From Guillardia theta CCMP2712 (Eukaryota > Protista > Cryptophyta): DNA of 64,000 nt. The position numbers and the translations under genes are program-made. Under the pieces are notes generated by a model that ran no database searches, was not told the DNA's origin, and was given only the letters and a program-made list of their open reading frames with translations. Below are positions 48,909 through 64,000 of this stretch, one piece after another (position 1 is the first letter of the stretch; each line of letters starts with the position of its first letter). The stretch spans positions 66,212 to 130,211 of the forward strand of contig NW_005434643.1 in NCBI RefSeq assembly GCF_000315625.1. The letters run 5' to 3'.

Positions 48909-50229
48909 TCATTGGTGTTGTTTGGTTGCAAACATATAGAACAGTCTCATCTCTGCAGGTATGAAGAGCAAGCTATCCTCCGCCCACTGGTAGAAAGATG
49001 TCACCGATGGTTGAACACACAACAGGCTGGGAGCGACATCACGCTCAGTCTGTCACCTCAGACTTCTGCTGCACGAAGCTTGTCCTGAACCCGTTCCTCT
49101 CCAACAAAGCTGGAAGCTTGTGAATGGCGAAGGACTTTGAAAGTGAGGAACCTTGGATGCGAGAGAGTCTGAACTGACGATCGCAAACTTCCAGGACGAT
49201 CTTGGTTATCAAAGTCACCCACAGCCCTCCTCCCTCTCCTCTCACCTGTCTGATCTTCTTCCAGTCGTCGGCTTGCAGGCCCATCAGGACCTCAAGTTCG
49301 TCTCCCTCAACGTCCACCTGCCGCCCGTTGACATGCTCCTCATCGACCTCCTCACTACCCACCTTGAGCAGCTGTATCGTCTGGATCTCCTCCTGCCGGA
49401 TGACCTCGGCGAGAGTCCGCACCTCACACGTCGCATGCTCTCCCTCCTGGCAAGGGCGTCACACCCTTGCCTCCCGCTCGTCCCTGCCCGCACCGCCGTC
49501 ATGCCCATCAGCATCCGTTGCTCTCGGGATTCATCCAGGTGCCTGCTGGATTCTCCCGGAGCGTCGGGATAATAGACGAACTTCTCGGACTTGGTAGAGG
49601 AGGCTGAGGAATGTCAAGAACCTTGAACGACAAAACGACAAAACGACTTCAGACCTAGACCAAAACACCGCGGAAGCACTCCCCCCCTGCCGCTGACGTT
49701 CCTCTGCAGTACCTTGAAGATCCTCGGCTGAGGTCTGCGGTCAGTCTCGCTCTTTCTGCATGTCTCAGCATGCATGCTAACTCACTACAGGCTCGAAAGC
49801 GAAGATCCTGTCGTAGTGCGGTGAAGGCGAGGAGGATGGGGGTTTTAGTAGCTCGTGGCAAAAGATCGAGAAGAGCCCGATGTTCGCCCCCACATCCAAC
49901 ACGTCACCTGCTCCGCGAGAGAGGGTAATTCCCTCCTGCAGATAAGATCTCCGCAAGAAGATCTCGTCGTAGAGGAAGGTACACTCCTCCTCTGAAATGT
50001 GCTCTACTCTCAGACCATTCTCGTCCTCGCTGTAACCCACGATCTCGTCCTCAGCTACATGGTTCTTGCTCAGATCAGCCTCATCCTTGACCGAAACTTG
50101 ATCCTCCTCCCTCCCCTCCTCCTCACGTTCGTTCTCTTCATTGTCACCCAGCGCAGACTTCTTTCTGACGTTCCTGAGATCTCTTTCCCCGCTGCTCGCA
50201 CGCCTTTTCTCATGGGTGGAACTGGACAT
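48909..50229 (-). CDS. FkbM-family SAM-dependent methyltransferase
   Basis: FLYDEIF...VLDVGANIGLFSIF...IFAFEP; IQLLKVDVEGDELEVLMG...WKKIRQIVLEV; last exon ...FYMFATKQHQ*. Confidence 0.9.
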
Positions 50230-50473
50230 GGCCTAAGTCTCGAGGAGACATGTCAGTCCGACATGTCGGCCTGCTGTTGTTGTTGGTCAGCTCCCCTTCC
50301 TCCTCCCCTTCCCGCCCTCGCCGCTCTGCTCCGAGCATACATGATAGTTTCCTGGATCAATTGTTCTAGATTACTGAAATAGGCCAGGCACTAGTTCAGA
50401 TTCTAGGACAGACTCTAGTTCTGTTTCTAGTCACTGTTCTAGTCATGTTCTAGTCACGTACAATTGGGTCAGG

Positions 50474-53333
50474 ATGGGGACGGGGGGATCCAGAGGGATA
50501 GCTGCGATGCAGGTGCATAGAAATCATGCTGCTGCTCCTCCTCTTGCTGCTGCTGCTGCTGCTCGCCCTACTCTTCCTTCGCTTTCTACTCTTCCTACTC
50601 AGTTCTCTTCCTTCTCTTACTGCTCCTGCTGCTCTTGCTTCCCTTGACTCTCCCACCCACCTTCCTTGCCCCACTTCTATTCTCTTCTGAATCTGTCCAT
50701 GCCTACTTCTCCATTATTCCTTTGCACTCCTGCTCCTTTTGAATCACCTCAAATCATTGCAAACTGTTATCAATTCTCCTTCCATTCACGCTGTCCTTGC
50801 TTCGTTCCCACCACCTTCCCGCTGATCTCCTCATTATTCCTTTTTCTGACTGCTGTTGATCTCAGCAGGGTCATCCAATATATCCGCCAGGGCCCGGTGG
50901 GCATATACCACACAATCAGGTGAGAAGGAGACAGATGTTATCTGCTCAAAGCAAGACATGACGCCTGTCATGCGTCTCGATGGCCTCCTCTACAATCCTT
51001 GCTCGTCCTCTGACAGCCTTCTTCCACCCAGCCTCCTCCTCAGCATCCCTATCCTCCGCCACAGGTATGTGTTAGGACGGCATGGCATTGGCGGCTGAGT
51101 GCTGGCGTAACTCACTTGAACAGGGCTTCTTTCAGCAGAACCCGCCTCCTTTCCATGTGACTGTCAGTGCCTTCCATCCGACACAACATGACACGTACTC
51201 AGATGCCGAACATGGGAGGAATGCCGCCTTTTCCTCCTCCTATCCCACCTCCTCAGGGGATGCCATTCATGCAGGCAACGACTCCTTCCTCCCTGTTCTA
51301 GGAGAGTGACCAGTGGCGAACAGGCTCCTCCTCCAGGCTTCGCTCCACCTCCTGGACCATGGCAGCCAGGTCCTCCTGCTCTCCGTCAGGTGCCATGAGG
51401 CGTGAGGAAGGAGATGGTGCTGACGTCAGGCAAGGGTGGAGCAGGGATGCAGGATGTTCCTGCCCAAGGGGAGAGCGCTCCTGTCAAAGGTTTGACCTCC
51501 TCGCCTCCCGCACGTGATGACGTCTATGCTCAGCCCCTATTGCTTTCCCTCCTCTTGACCCGGAGCTTCTTAGCACCATCGACAAGACCTCTGGGTGTGA
51601 CGAGCGAGATTTCGAGCGACAGGAGTGGTGTGATGCTGTTCTTGCAGGTATGTTGCAAGGAACGGCAAGGCCTTCGAAGACATGATCCGAGAGCGCGAAG
51701 GTTCCCCTTGCTTCCTGCCTGTGAGTTGTCTTCATCTTGATCTTCTGACTGTCAGGCGCCAACCCCAAGTTCACCTTCTTGCGCGAGAAAGGGGAGGGAT
51801 GCGAATATTTCCGATGGAGGGTGTACTGCCTGCAGATGAAGTTTGAGAAGGTTGTGCTGTGTTTGTGGCGGTGTTGGTCTGAGACGGACACAAGCATGAA
51901 ATGGATGCCATGCTGCGAGAAGCTTTCCCTCCGCTGGGCGAGGTCAGGATGATGGCGGAAGGAAGAATCTTGTCCTCAAGTTTGTTCCAGGAGGACCTCA
52001 ACACTTTCAAGGAGATGTTGACTTCGCTCACGGGATCCAAGGATCACATGTGATGGACGAGATGAGATGTGGTGCGCTGTGAAGGTGAAAGACTGACGAG
52101 ATGGTTGCGTTGCCAGCCGATCGATGCGAGCATGGATTATGTCCCACGAGGAGAACGTAGAGTTCATCTGCGAGCATTTCCACGCGCGGATTATCAGCAT
52201 TAAGGTAATGTTGTGCACTCCTGTTTCTCCCTCCCCGACATCTCACGTTGCTCCCACTCGTTCTTGCACCGCAGGAGTTCCAACCAAGGTTACACATCGG
52301 TGATTGATACTCTTTGGAGCTCTGGAGGGATAGATGACGTGGACGGCAGTATATGTCCTCAACGACGTGCTGCATGCCTGCCTCAAGAAGCGGATGGATC
52401 CATCGATCATCGGTGGGAGGGAGGAGCCGTTGTGTTCCTCTGCTCTCTAACCTCTTTCTCCTCCCTTCCCTCTCTTGTCCCTCCAACTTGAGCAGATGTG
52501 ACTTCGGAGAGGATCTTTCGACACGTCCTCCGTCTCCTGCACCCGACGTTCCAGGTTAGGACCGAGGGCAGGGACCTTGCCTCGGCCTCTCCTGAGTTCC
52601 CGTCCTACGCAGGACGAACCTGATGCGGAGAACAGAGGGAAGATCTCGAAAGTTCTCGGGCTCTGGAGGGAGAGGAACATTTTCTCACCTCAGGTCCTTG
52701 CCTGCTCGCACATGATGCCCTCCTCCTCATCTCTCCTCCTCCTACAGCAAGTGCAGGAGATCGAGCAGGCGATGTCGGACAGAAACGCTATCATACCCTC
52801 ACCGACGGTAGGATCAACCTTGCTCTCCTTTGCGCCTAGCGACTGCCTTCCTCCTTCTTTCCTCCTCTGTTCTCTCTCCCCCTCCCCGCTAATTTCTACG
52901 ACGCCCTGAAATGCCGGTTCTTTCTCAGGTCGACCTGGATAGCTTGGGAAGCTTTCAATCAGCGATGAGCAGGAAGCAGGTTTATGATCCTTTCCCAGGC
53001 TGCTGCCTCCCCGCTGACTTTCTCCTCCTACTCTTTTTCTCTCCTCCTCTCCTGTTCTCCTGTGCTACTCCTTCACAGCCTCCAGCTCCGAACATGCCTC
53101 ATCCTCTGCAAGCTGCCCCTCCTTCCCTCCCTCCTCCCCTGCCCGTCCCTCCTCAGCATCCCTCGGCGCAAAACTTTGTCATCCCTCCAACCCAGAATTT
53201 TCACCCTCCTATCGTCACAGCCCAGATGGTTCGCAGGAGGAGGATCTGCTGGAAGCCGAGGAACCGCGCGTTCCTCCTCAGCGCCTCCATCATCACCAGC
53301 GAGAAGACAGTGGACAAGATTGCAGTGAAGTGA
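50474..53333 (+). CDS. SURP/SWAP + CID (CTD-interacting) RNA-processing protein, CHERP-like; appears 3'-truncated
   Basis: SURP: TIDKT..YVARNGKAFEDMIRERE.ANPKFTFL...YFRWRV. CID: LTGSKD..., LHI.YVLNDVLH..., KISKVLGLWRERNIF. Pro-rich tail follows. Confidence 0.8.
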
Positions 53334-54252
53334 CTGCTCACGGACTCTAAGGAGGGGTGTATCCTGCCAGGCACAGTCACGAGCCCATGTCCGTCCTCCT
53401 CACCCGCCCCCTGTCACCTAGCGGGAATCTTGAGGTCCGCAATCGCAGCCCACGCAGGCTGGCAGATCGCCTTAGCTATCAGGCCGACTGATTTCATCAC
53501 CCCAGTCTGCGGCAGGAGGAGGAGGAGGAGGAGGAGGAGGAGGAGGAGGAGGAGGCAACCGCCAGCAGCAGGGGAGGGAAACGGTCAGTCCCCTCGGGCA
53601 AAGCACGGCAAGAACTCACTTGCGCTGGCGTCAGTCCGACTGAGAGGAGCCAGAGAGTCGAGAACTTGTTCCAGGCCACCATGCTGGCGCCGCTCGAGAA
53701 GGAGAGGATCTTGGCAACCTTGAGCCTCCTGCTCACCTCGTGCCCTGAGTCCCGCTGAGCCTTTGACCTGCTGTGATTCATTCCGTTCATGTGCACATGC
53801 ACGTCTTCAGCGCTGTCGCAGGACCGCAGGGTCAGCAGCATGCAGCGGGGAGGAGGAGGATCACCGGTGCGGCTGGTTCGAGGGAGACTCCGGGTTCTCA
53901 GGGAGTAACATCTCCACGGCAGGCGCATGTCGATGCGTGAAGGAGGTAGCGGAGGTCATACCTCAACAAGGGCTCTGCCTGGAATGCCTTGAACCCGCAG
54001 GCAGGAGGGGAGGATACCGATGTCACAACCACCACAGCACGAGGGTCATGGATAGAGTCCGAGCATATAACTATCCGTGGTCCCTAGAGCACGCCCTCCT
54101 CTTGTGCTCTCCTTGTTCGTGCCTCCAGTCGTCAGCGCATGACTCGGTCTCCTGCCTTCTAGTCTCCACTTCGCCCTGGGAGAAAACGGATCATGACAGG
54201 GGCGAGCACTAGTGTCATGATAAAACGTCTCTCCAGATATCGCCTTGCTCAT
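53201..54252 (-). pseudogene. MFS-type transporter, N-terminal fragment (about 4 TM helices)
   Basis: KILSFSSGASMVAWNKFSTLWLLSVGLTPAQ / TGVMKSVGLIAKAICQPAWAAIAD / AILSTVFSLVMM...ILLLRTIWA, then a stop at 53201-53203 inside the opposite gene. Confidence 0.62.
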
Positions 54253-54429
54253 TCTTCAACCTGAAAAATAGACTTGCACTTGAAAAACCAATCCCGACAT
54301 AATTTCGTTCGACGGAGAATTTCTGTGTGCTCCTGCTCATCCTGACACACTACCTTTAATCTGGCATACTCCTGCTCTTGATCCCCACTCCTAGCCCTGA
54401 TCCCGCTCCTGCTCCTGCCCTGCTCCTGA

Positions 54430-54483
<54 letters not shown>

Positions 54484-54557
54484 CCTGCTCCTGTTCCTGC
54501 TCCTGTTCCTGCTCCTGCTCCTGCCCTGCTCCTGCTCCTGCTCATGCTCCCGCTCCC

Positions 54558-54635
<78 letters not shown>

Positions 54636-55185
54636 CGTTCCCTGCCACTTCCAACCATGACGAGGCACCATCATCAAAGCACCGATCCACGACCCCCATA
54701 TTCCTACCCACCTACCCCATGTATTCCGACCCCACCCCTGGGTGTTCAATACACCTCCCCAGTTTGCAACCAAGTTCAAAATGCTAGGGTACTAATCAGA
54801 CTATGATGTACCCGTCTCCAGAACAGAAAGAGACATGAAAAAGTACCGGTACTTCTCCACACCCCTATGTTTCCCCAGTACCCCATGTGACCACCTACCC
54901 TGCAGATTACCCGACCCCACCTCACAAACTGCTTGGTAGCCCGCATCCCCACACTTACAACTTGAAAAAACTAATAAGTGACCAGCTCGACGGGTGACCG
55001 TACTGAGACTCAGTCTCCCGTCGGAGTCCGATCGGGCCGGCCGGGCCGGCGGCCGGCCGCACTCCGTCCCGGACATAAGTCCTCTCGGAACGGAACTTCA
55101 ACGGGCCTCGGGGGCCCCTGGCCCGGTCCGAACTTCGGCGAACGAAACTTGAAGGCACACTGGGCCGTCTGCCAAGTTTCCGACC

Positions 55186-55306
55186 TTTACTCAAAGTTAA
55201 GTTGAAGATCAGTACGAGGACAATCAGGAGAGACGAGGAGGCTTGACCCTGACATCAGTTTAGTCTACTTAGCTTTACTCAAAGTTAAGTCACTGAACAT
55301 CAGTAC
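55186..55306 (-). mobile_element. Extremely 5'-truncated copy of the retrotransposon between two copies of the target motif
   Basis: The reverse complement of 55216-55254 matches the element 3' end (23636-23674) at 35/39. Target copies lie at 55186-55215 (23/25 to the TSD) and 55274-55306 (degenerate). Confidence 0.85.
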
Positions 55307-55404
55307 GTCACTGCCAGTGCAGAAAGAAAAAGTCAAAACCACCCCTACCACCATCTTCACTGACAAGCACCCTTGAGAGAAAGAGGGGTGTCGAGCGTTG
55401 AAAA

Positions 55405-59097
<3,693 letters not shown>

Positions 59098-59219
59098 GTC
59101 AAGTAGCGGATGTGTGAAGAGCGGAGTAAGAGGAGAGGAGAGGAGAGGAGAGGAGAGGAGAAGGTAGCTGAGAGGAAGAGACGAGAGCGAATAACTTATA
59201 ACATCTTTACTTGATGAAA

Positions 59220-62200
59220 TTAGTTCTTCTTCCTTGACGATCTCGTTTGCTGTTGCAACATGTCAAGGTGAGGAGAAGAAAGTTGCCCGATCTCACCATC
59301 CTCCTGCTCGATCGCCTGTCCTCCTCGATCTCCATATCCTCCTCCTCCTCCTCCTCCTCCTCCAAGTCCAGGTCAGTAGCAGAACAAGTCATCATCAAAC
59401 AATCCTCACCGACGAGATCTCCTTTCGCTTCTGCATCCTGACGTCTTGCTGGAAGTTTCACAATATGGCACATCTGCATCGGCAAGGCACCTCTCATCAA
59501 GTTCTTCCGTGCTGGTGTTCGCTTCGACCTCGACGAGCTGCGTCCTTGAGTTCCCTTGCATTCCATCAGCCCCGCACACGCTCCTGCTCCTGCTCCTCCT
59601 CTCACCTTCCTCTTCGACGATCGTGCAGGTGTGGTCTTGACCTCCTCATCCTCCTCCTCCATCGCCTCCTCCTCCTCATCTACCACCATCTTGTCTGCAG
59701 ATGAATGCAATCTGATCGCCTCCACCAGCTCCTCGTCTTCCATCGTGAGATCCGCAGGCCTTTGTCACAATCACCATAATTCTCCTCCTCCTCCTCCTCC
59801 TCCTCCTCCTCCTTCTCATCATTGTGACTTGCTCCTTCCCCTGCCTTTCCTCCCGCTCAAATATCAACAACTCACGTCACGTCTCCGGTGATCTCCCTGT
59901 AGCCTCCATCAAAGAACCGAGCATCCCCCCCGAACGCCTGCCCTCAGGTCAGCAGCGCCAGCCCCACCCCCTCCCCTGCTCCACCTTCTTCCACCTCTCC
60001 AGCTTCCCCTCAAACTTCTCCCCGTAGCGAATCTGCCAGGTCCCATCCTCACCCCAGCAGGAGGCAACTTTACCCACCTGATCCTTGAGCCGTCGATCCG
60101 AAGCCTTGCAGCAGACGGTGATCCTCACTCTCTCCCTCCTCTCCGACCCGATGTGAACCTCCTCCTCCTTCGGAGCCCCTGCCAGCAGCAGCACCGTTGA
60201 GCTCCCAGCAGCAGCCTCTCCCCTCTTGTACCTTCCAGCAGCTTCTCCACCTGCGTCTTGCGACGCTTCACATCTGCTTGAGGGTTTCACAACGGCAGCA
60301 GCTGGAAATGAGCTGGCTGCCACCTGCTGCCAACGACTCGCCGCCGTCCCTGACGATCTCTCCGGCCGAGTTGCGATGCTTCCTAGTCGGCGAGGAGCAG
60401 ATGGCTCGGATCATCTCAGGGTTCTGCGGGGGAAGGAGTTGGAGATGGCAGAGGGAAACGACAGATGGGAGAGGAGGAGGGAAAGTAGGAGGACGATGGA
60501 GGAGGAGAGGGGGTGGGGGAGAGGGAGCAGGGAGCAGGGAGAGAGGAGGGAGGGAGGAGAGGGGAGAACGGGGCACAGAGATCCTACTTGTTCTGCAGCA
60601 GCGTTGTAGAGCATCTGGATCAGAACATCTTTCTTCAAGGACTTGTAGAGACTCTCTTCGGACCTGTTTGATGACGTCATCAGATTTTGTCGGAGGCTGA
60701 TCGGGAGTCCTCACTTGTGGTTCTTCTGCGGGCTGAGGAAGATATTGTGCTGATCTGCCAACTAACATACAGGGAGGAGGAGGAGGAGGAGGAGGAGGAG
60801 GAGGAGGAGGAGGAGGAGGAGGAGGAGGAGGAGGAGGAGGAGGAGAGAGAAGGGAGGAGAAGAATACTCATAAGCAACTAGTCAGCTCGAGCAGGCAGTG
60901 CATGGAGTACATGTCGCATGTTGACTTTGGTGTAGCGGGAAAGCTCCTGACAAACAAGAGCAATCAAAGAAAGTTCTCATTCCTCCTCTCTTCTCATTGC
61001 CATCCTCTTGCATCAACACTCGCATCCAGTGACCAACATGTTTCACGGCGTTCTCAACGAAGTGATCGGAGAACTTCGGGGAGCCTGCCGACGACCTTCT
61101 CTTCTCTTGCTTTTCTTCCACCGCATCTTCCCCTCCCTTGTCTTTCCTCCTCTTTTCTCCTGTAACAGCTCACATCAGATCCATCATCACTTCAACTCCC
61201 CTCCCCATCCTCTTTCTCCTCCTCGACCACCATCTCGACCTCCTCCTCCTCCTCCTCCTCCTCCGGTGGTACCTTCTTCACTCCCTCTTCCTCTCATCAT
61301 CGAGCGCGCAAATCCGCAGAGGACTAGCTCGGGGTGACTAGGACATCGGGAGCACAGGGCAAACAGACCGGCAAGGGCGACAAGGGGGATGGAGGCAGCG
61401 AACGAGATCGTGAGAACAAACTTTTCTGTGACGTACAGACCCTGGAGGAGAAGAGAGCGAGGTCAGCACGCCCTGCCTCTCTCAGCAGCATCGTCTGCTG
61501 TCGCCGGCTACCGGCCAGAAGAACTTGTCGACGACGTGCGACACTGGAATAGCGGAAGGTCAGCAGTCTCAGGGCAGACTTGCAGCCCTTACAGATGGTG
61601 GCCCAGGACGTGTAGTATGCGATCCTCCTTGCGTCATTGGCAGATGCCTGTCATCCCGTCAGGGGGAGGAGCGATGTCGAGTTGGTCGCCTCTGACCTCC
61701 AGCACAGCATCGAGCAGGTCGTCGAGGTGATCTCGCTTCTCATCCAGCAGTTCCTGAGCATCCCTCTCAGCCACAGAGCGTCTCCTGCCTCCTTGTCCTC
61801 CTTCACCCGCTTCGGGGGCTGCAGCTCCATCCCCAGCTTTCTCCGGTAGGCCTGCTCAGCGATCAGGTTCCTGTCCACCCACAGATGAGGCTTCAAGACC
61901 GTCAAGAGGGCATGGTCCGTGTCCGACCCCTTCATCATGGCCTGCCGTCAGTGAGCATCGGTTGACAGAGAAAGACAAGAGGCTACTGTGAGAACATTAC
62001 TGGCTACTAGACTGAACATTTAGCTGTTGGACTGACATGACTAGCTGCTGGACTGACATGACTAGCTGCTGGGCTGACATGACTAGCTGTTGGACTGACA
62101 TGACTAGCTGCTGGGCTGACATGACTAGCTGCTGGACTGACATGACTGCCTTCTGCACCATACACGACTAGCTACTTCGCTGCCATCACTAGCTGCTTGA

Positions 62201-64000
62201 CTGAGGCCACTAGCTACTTGCAGGAGGCACCTGAATGACTGGTCCATTGATGAAGTCGACGTGCTGCAACACGAGGAAGATCAATCGCGCATCTCCCAGC
62301 CAAGTCCACTCACCGCCTGCTCCCCTGCAGTGTAGACCGAGCTGCGGGGCTTCCAGTGCTGGCGAAACTTCTTGTTGTACCGCGATCGCAGGACAGTGCA
62401 ACCTTGCAGCGAGAGGGCAGATGTGAGCAACACAGACAAGCTCGTCTGACATGTCATGGAACCTGGCGTCTCGTACTGCACGTCTGAAAACATGTGCTCT
62501 TGACGTCTCGACGAAGACTTCTGATGTTGAGATGCACTTGTTCCAGGTTTGAACACGGCCAGAGCTGAGGGTTGTCAGGATCAGAGAAGATGGAAGTCAG
62601 CCTACCATGTTGGAAGGATTGCATGATAGAGGGCCGGTCATCCTGATCAGGGCAACGAGCAATCATGTCATGCAATCAACTACAGCAGACAGGTGGAGAG
62701 AGGTCAAGGAGCAAGGGAGGCTGTAGGAGGGAGAGGTAGAATGGGATGGGGGAGAGTTGCAGGTAGCAAGCACGTACAGGTATCGGATAACCACACAGCT
62801 TTCTGAAGTCCTGCCGTGCAATCCTCAGTGAAGAGAATTTCGCGCCCCTCCTGCTTACTTGCTTGATGACATCAAAGGGCTTGTCCCAGAGAGAGGTAGA
62901 AAGCAGTCTGAGGAGTTTCTGCAAATTGTCACCTACGCACAACAAGATACAAGATCAAACCTCGTCGTGCTGAACATCATTGTCGTCCACGACAAGGACG
63001 TACGCTCGAAGACATCTGTGACGAAGCAAATCAATTCAACCATCACAGGTTCAAATTATATCAGACAAGTAATTCGAAACAGAAAACACGGCAGACGAAC
63101 AAGCAAACGGCAAGACAGACCAACAGGCAGCACATCTCCAGCGTGACCTTGAATCACAGTCTGCATGCCAGAAGTCCATGATCTGCTCGATGAGAGCGTC
63201 TTCTTCTACGAGCCTCGACTCCCTCACAACACACTGCAATGGCAGCTCAGTCTACATCTCGTGGGGTCACAACAAACATCACGTTGTCGCAGTTGAAGCG
63301 AAGCTGCTCTGTCCAGCGAAAGAAGTTCACTTGAACCTGCCCTGTTGTCAGCACTCACACGACGAACAGAGAATGTAAACCAAGCTGCGAGGAGTTGGAA
63401 GAAAAGCTCTCATGTATGCCTGCAAGGATCTTGTTGACACTCCTCCTACTCTCCTTTCCTCCTCCCCTTTCTCCCTCCCCCCCAGGCTTCCTCTTCCCCG
63501 CCATCACACCTGTACCATGGCGGACATCCGATTCCACTGCAACCAAGGTATCAGATGCTGAACATCAGAGCCGCTTCCCATCACATCACACAACATGACA
63601 GGCTACAACACAACATCCATCATCTGCAACTTGGACACAGCGTCACCTCGAAGTCCATCTCTCCGAACTTGTCCGTCATGCCCTATGAAGCTCTGTCAGG
63701 GTACTCCTCTTCGCCACCATTTGCTTACCAGCGACACCAGCTGGATAGTCCCCCTAGGCCCAGGAATGTTCAACACCCGGGGGGTTCGGAAGACACTAAG
63801 AGCAGCAAGTCAGGAAGCAGCGACAGGGCAGAGACCTCATGGCCGGAATGACACATCACCTCTTGAGCGCGACCTTGTGAGACTTCACAGAGTCGAAGGC
63901 TTCTTCGCTCCTGCGAATGCATCATCCCAGCCATTCCAAGAGCACCCCCTACCTGAATTGAAAGACCCAGGGCACGCTTTCGAGCGAACGGCAGCACGTC
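59220..64000 (-). CDS. Large multi-exon hypothetical protein with an acidic/basic low-complexity C-terminus; 5' part outside the window
   Basis: Chain of GT-AG-bounded coding exons on the minus strand (e.g. CVVRESRLVEEDALIEQIMDFW; LLTVLKPHLWVDRNL; FVENAVKHVGHWMRVL). No family recognised; could be two genes. Confidence 0.55.
62021..62146. repeat. 21-bp minisatellite TAGCTG(C/T)TGG(A/G)CTGACATGAC x6, intronic
   Basis: Six contiguous units with no spacers. Confidence 0.92.

Noticed and set aside
61480-61640. WATI.HVVDKFFWP as a Cys-loop channel M4 helix
   Set aside because: Upstream exons show no ligand-binding domain or M1-M3 helices, and the frame continues into soluble sequence.
62021-62146. 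21-bp repeats as a CRISPR array
   Set aside because: Units are contiguous with no unique spacers, there are no cas genes, and the context is a eukaryotic intron.

Overview
Gene-dense, intron-rich eukaryotic nuclear DNA: short ~50-nt GT-AG introns with TGAC just upstream of the AG, microsatellite-filled long introns and four 100-N gaps. Signal-peptide+Phe plastid presequences and a rhodopsin-histidine kinase point to an alga with a complex red plastid, most likely a cryptophyte (inference). About 17 host genes are recognisable: LIS1, a histidine-kinase rhodopsin, two PDZ proteins, a C2/cNMP protein, a frameshifted SET gene, a plastid cis-prenyltransferase, a filamin-C2 protein, an EF-hand protein, a novel repeat protein, an FkbM methyltransferase, a SURP-CID protein, an MFS fragment, a PGY-repeat protein and hypotheticals. 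From 3.6 kb onward they alternate strictly in orientation. The strongest signal is an apparently site-specific CRE/SLACS-like non-LTR retrotransposon (RT + CCHC + restriction-like endonuclease; ~19.2-23.7 kb) flanked by an exact 25-bp duplication. The same target motif recurs as an empty site (~10.1 kb) and as a site holding a 39-bp 5'-truncated copy of the element's 3' end (~55.2 kb), always in divergent intergenic spacers. Exon boundaries were read by eye, and several gene ends are approximate.
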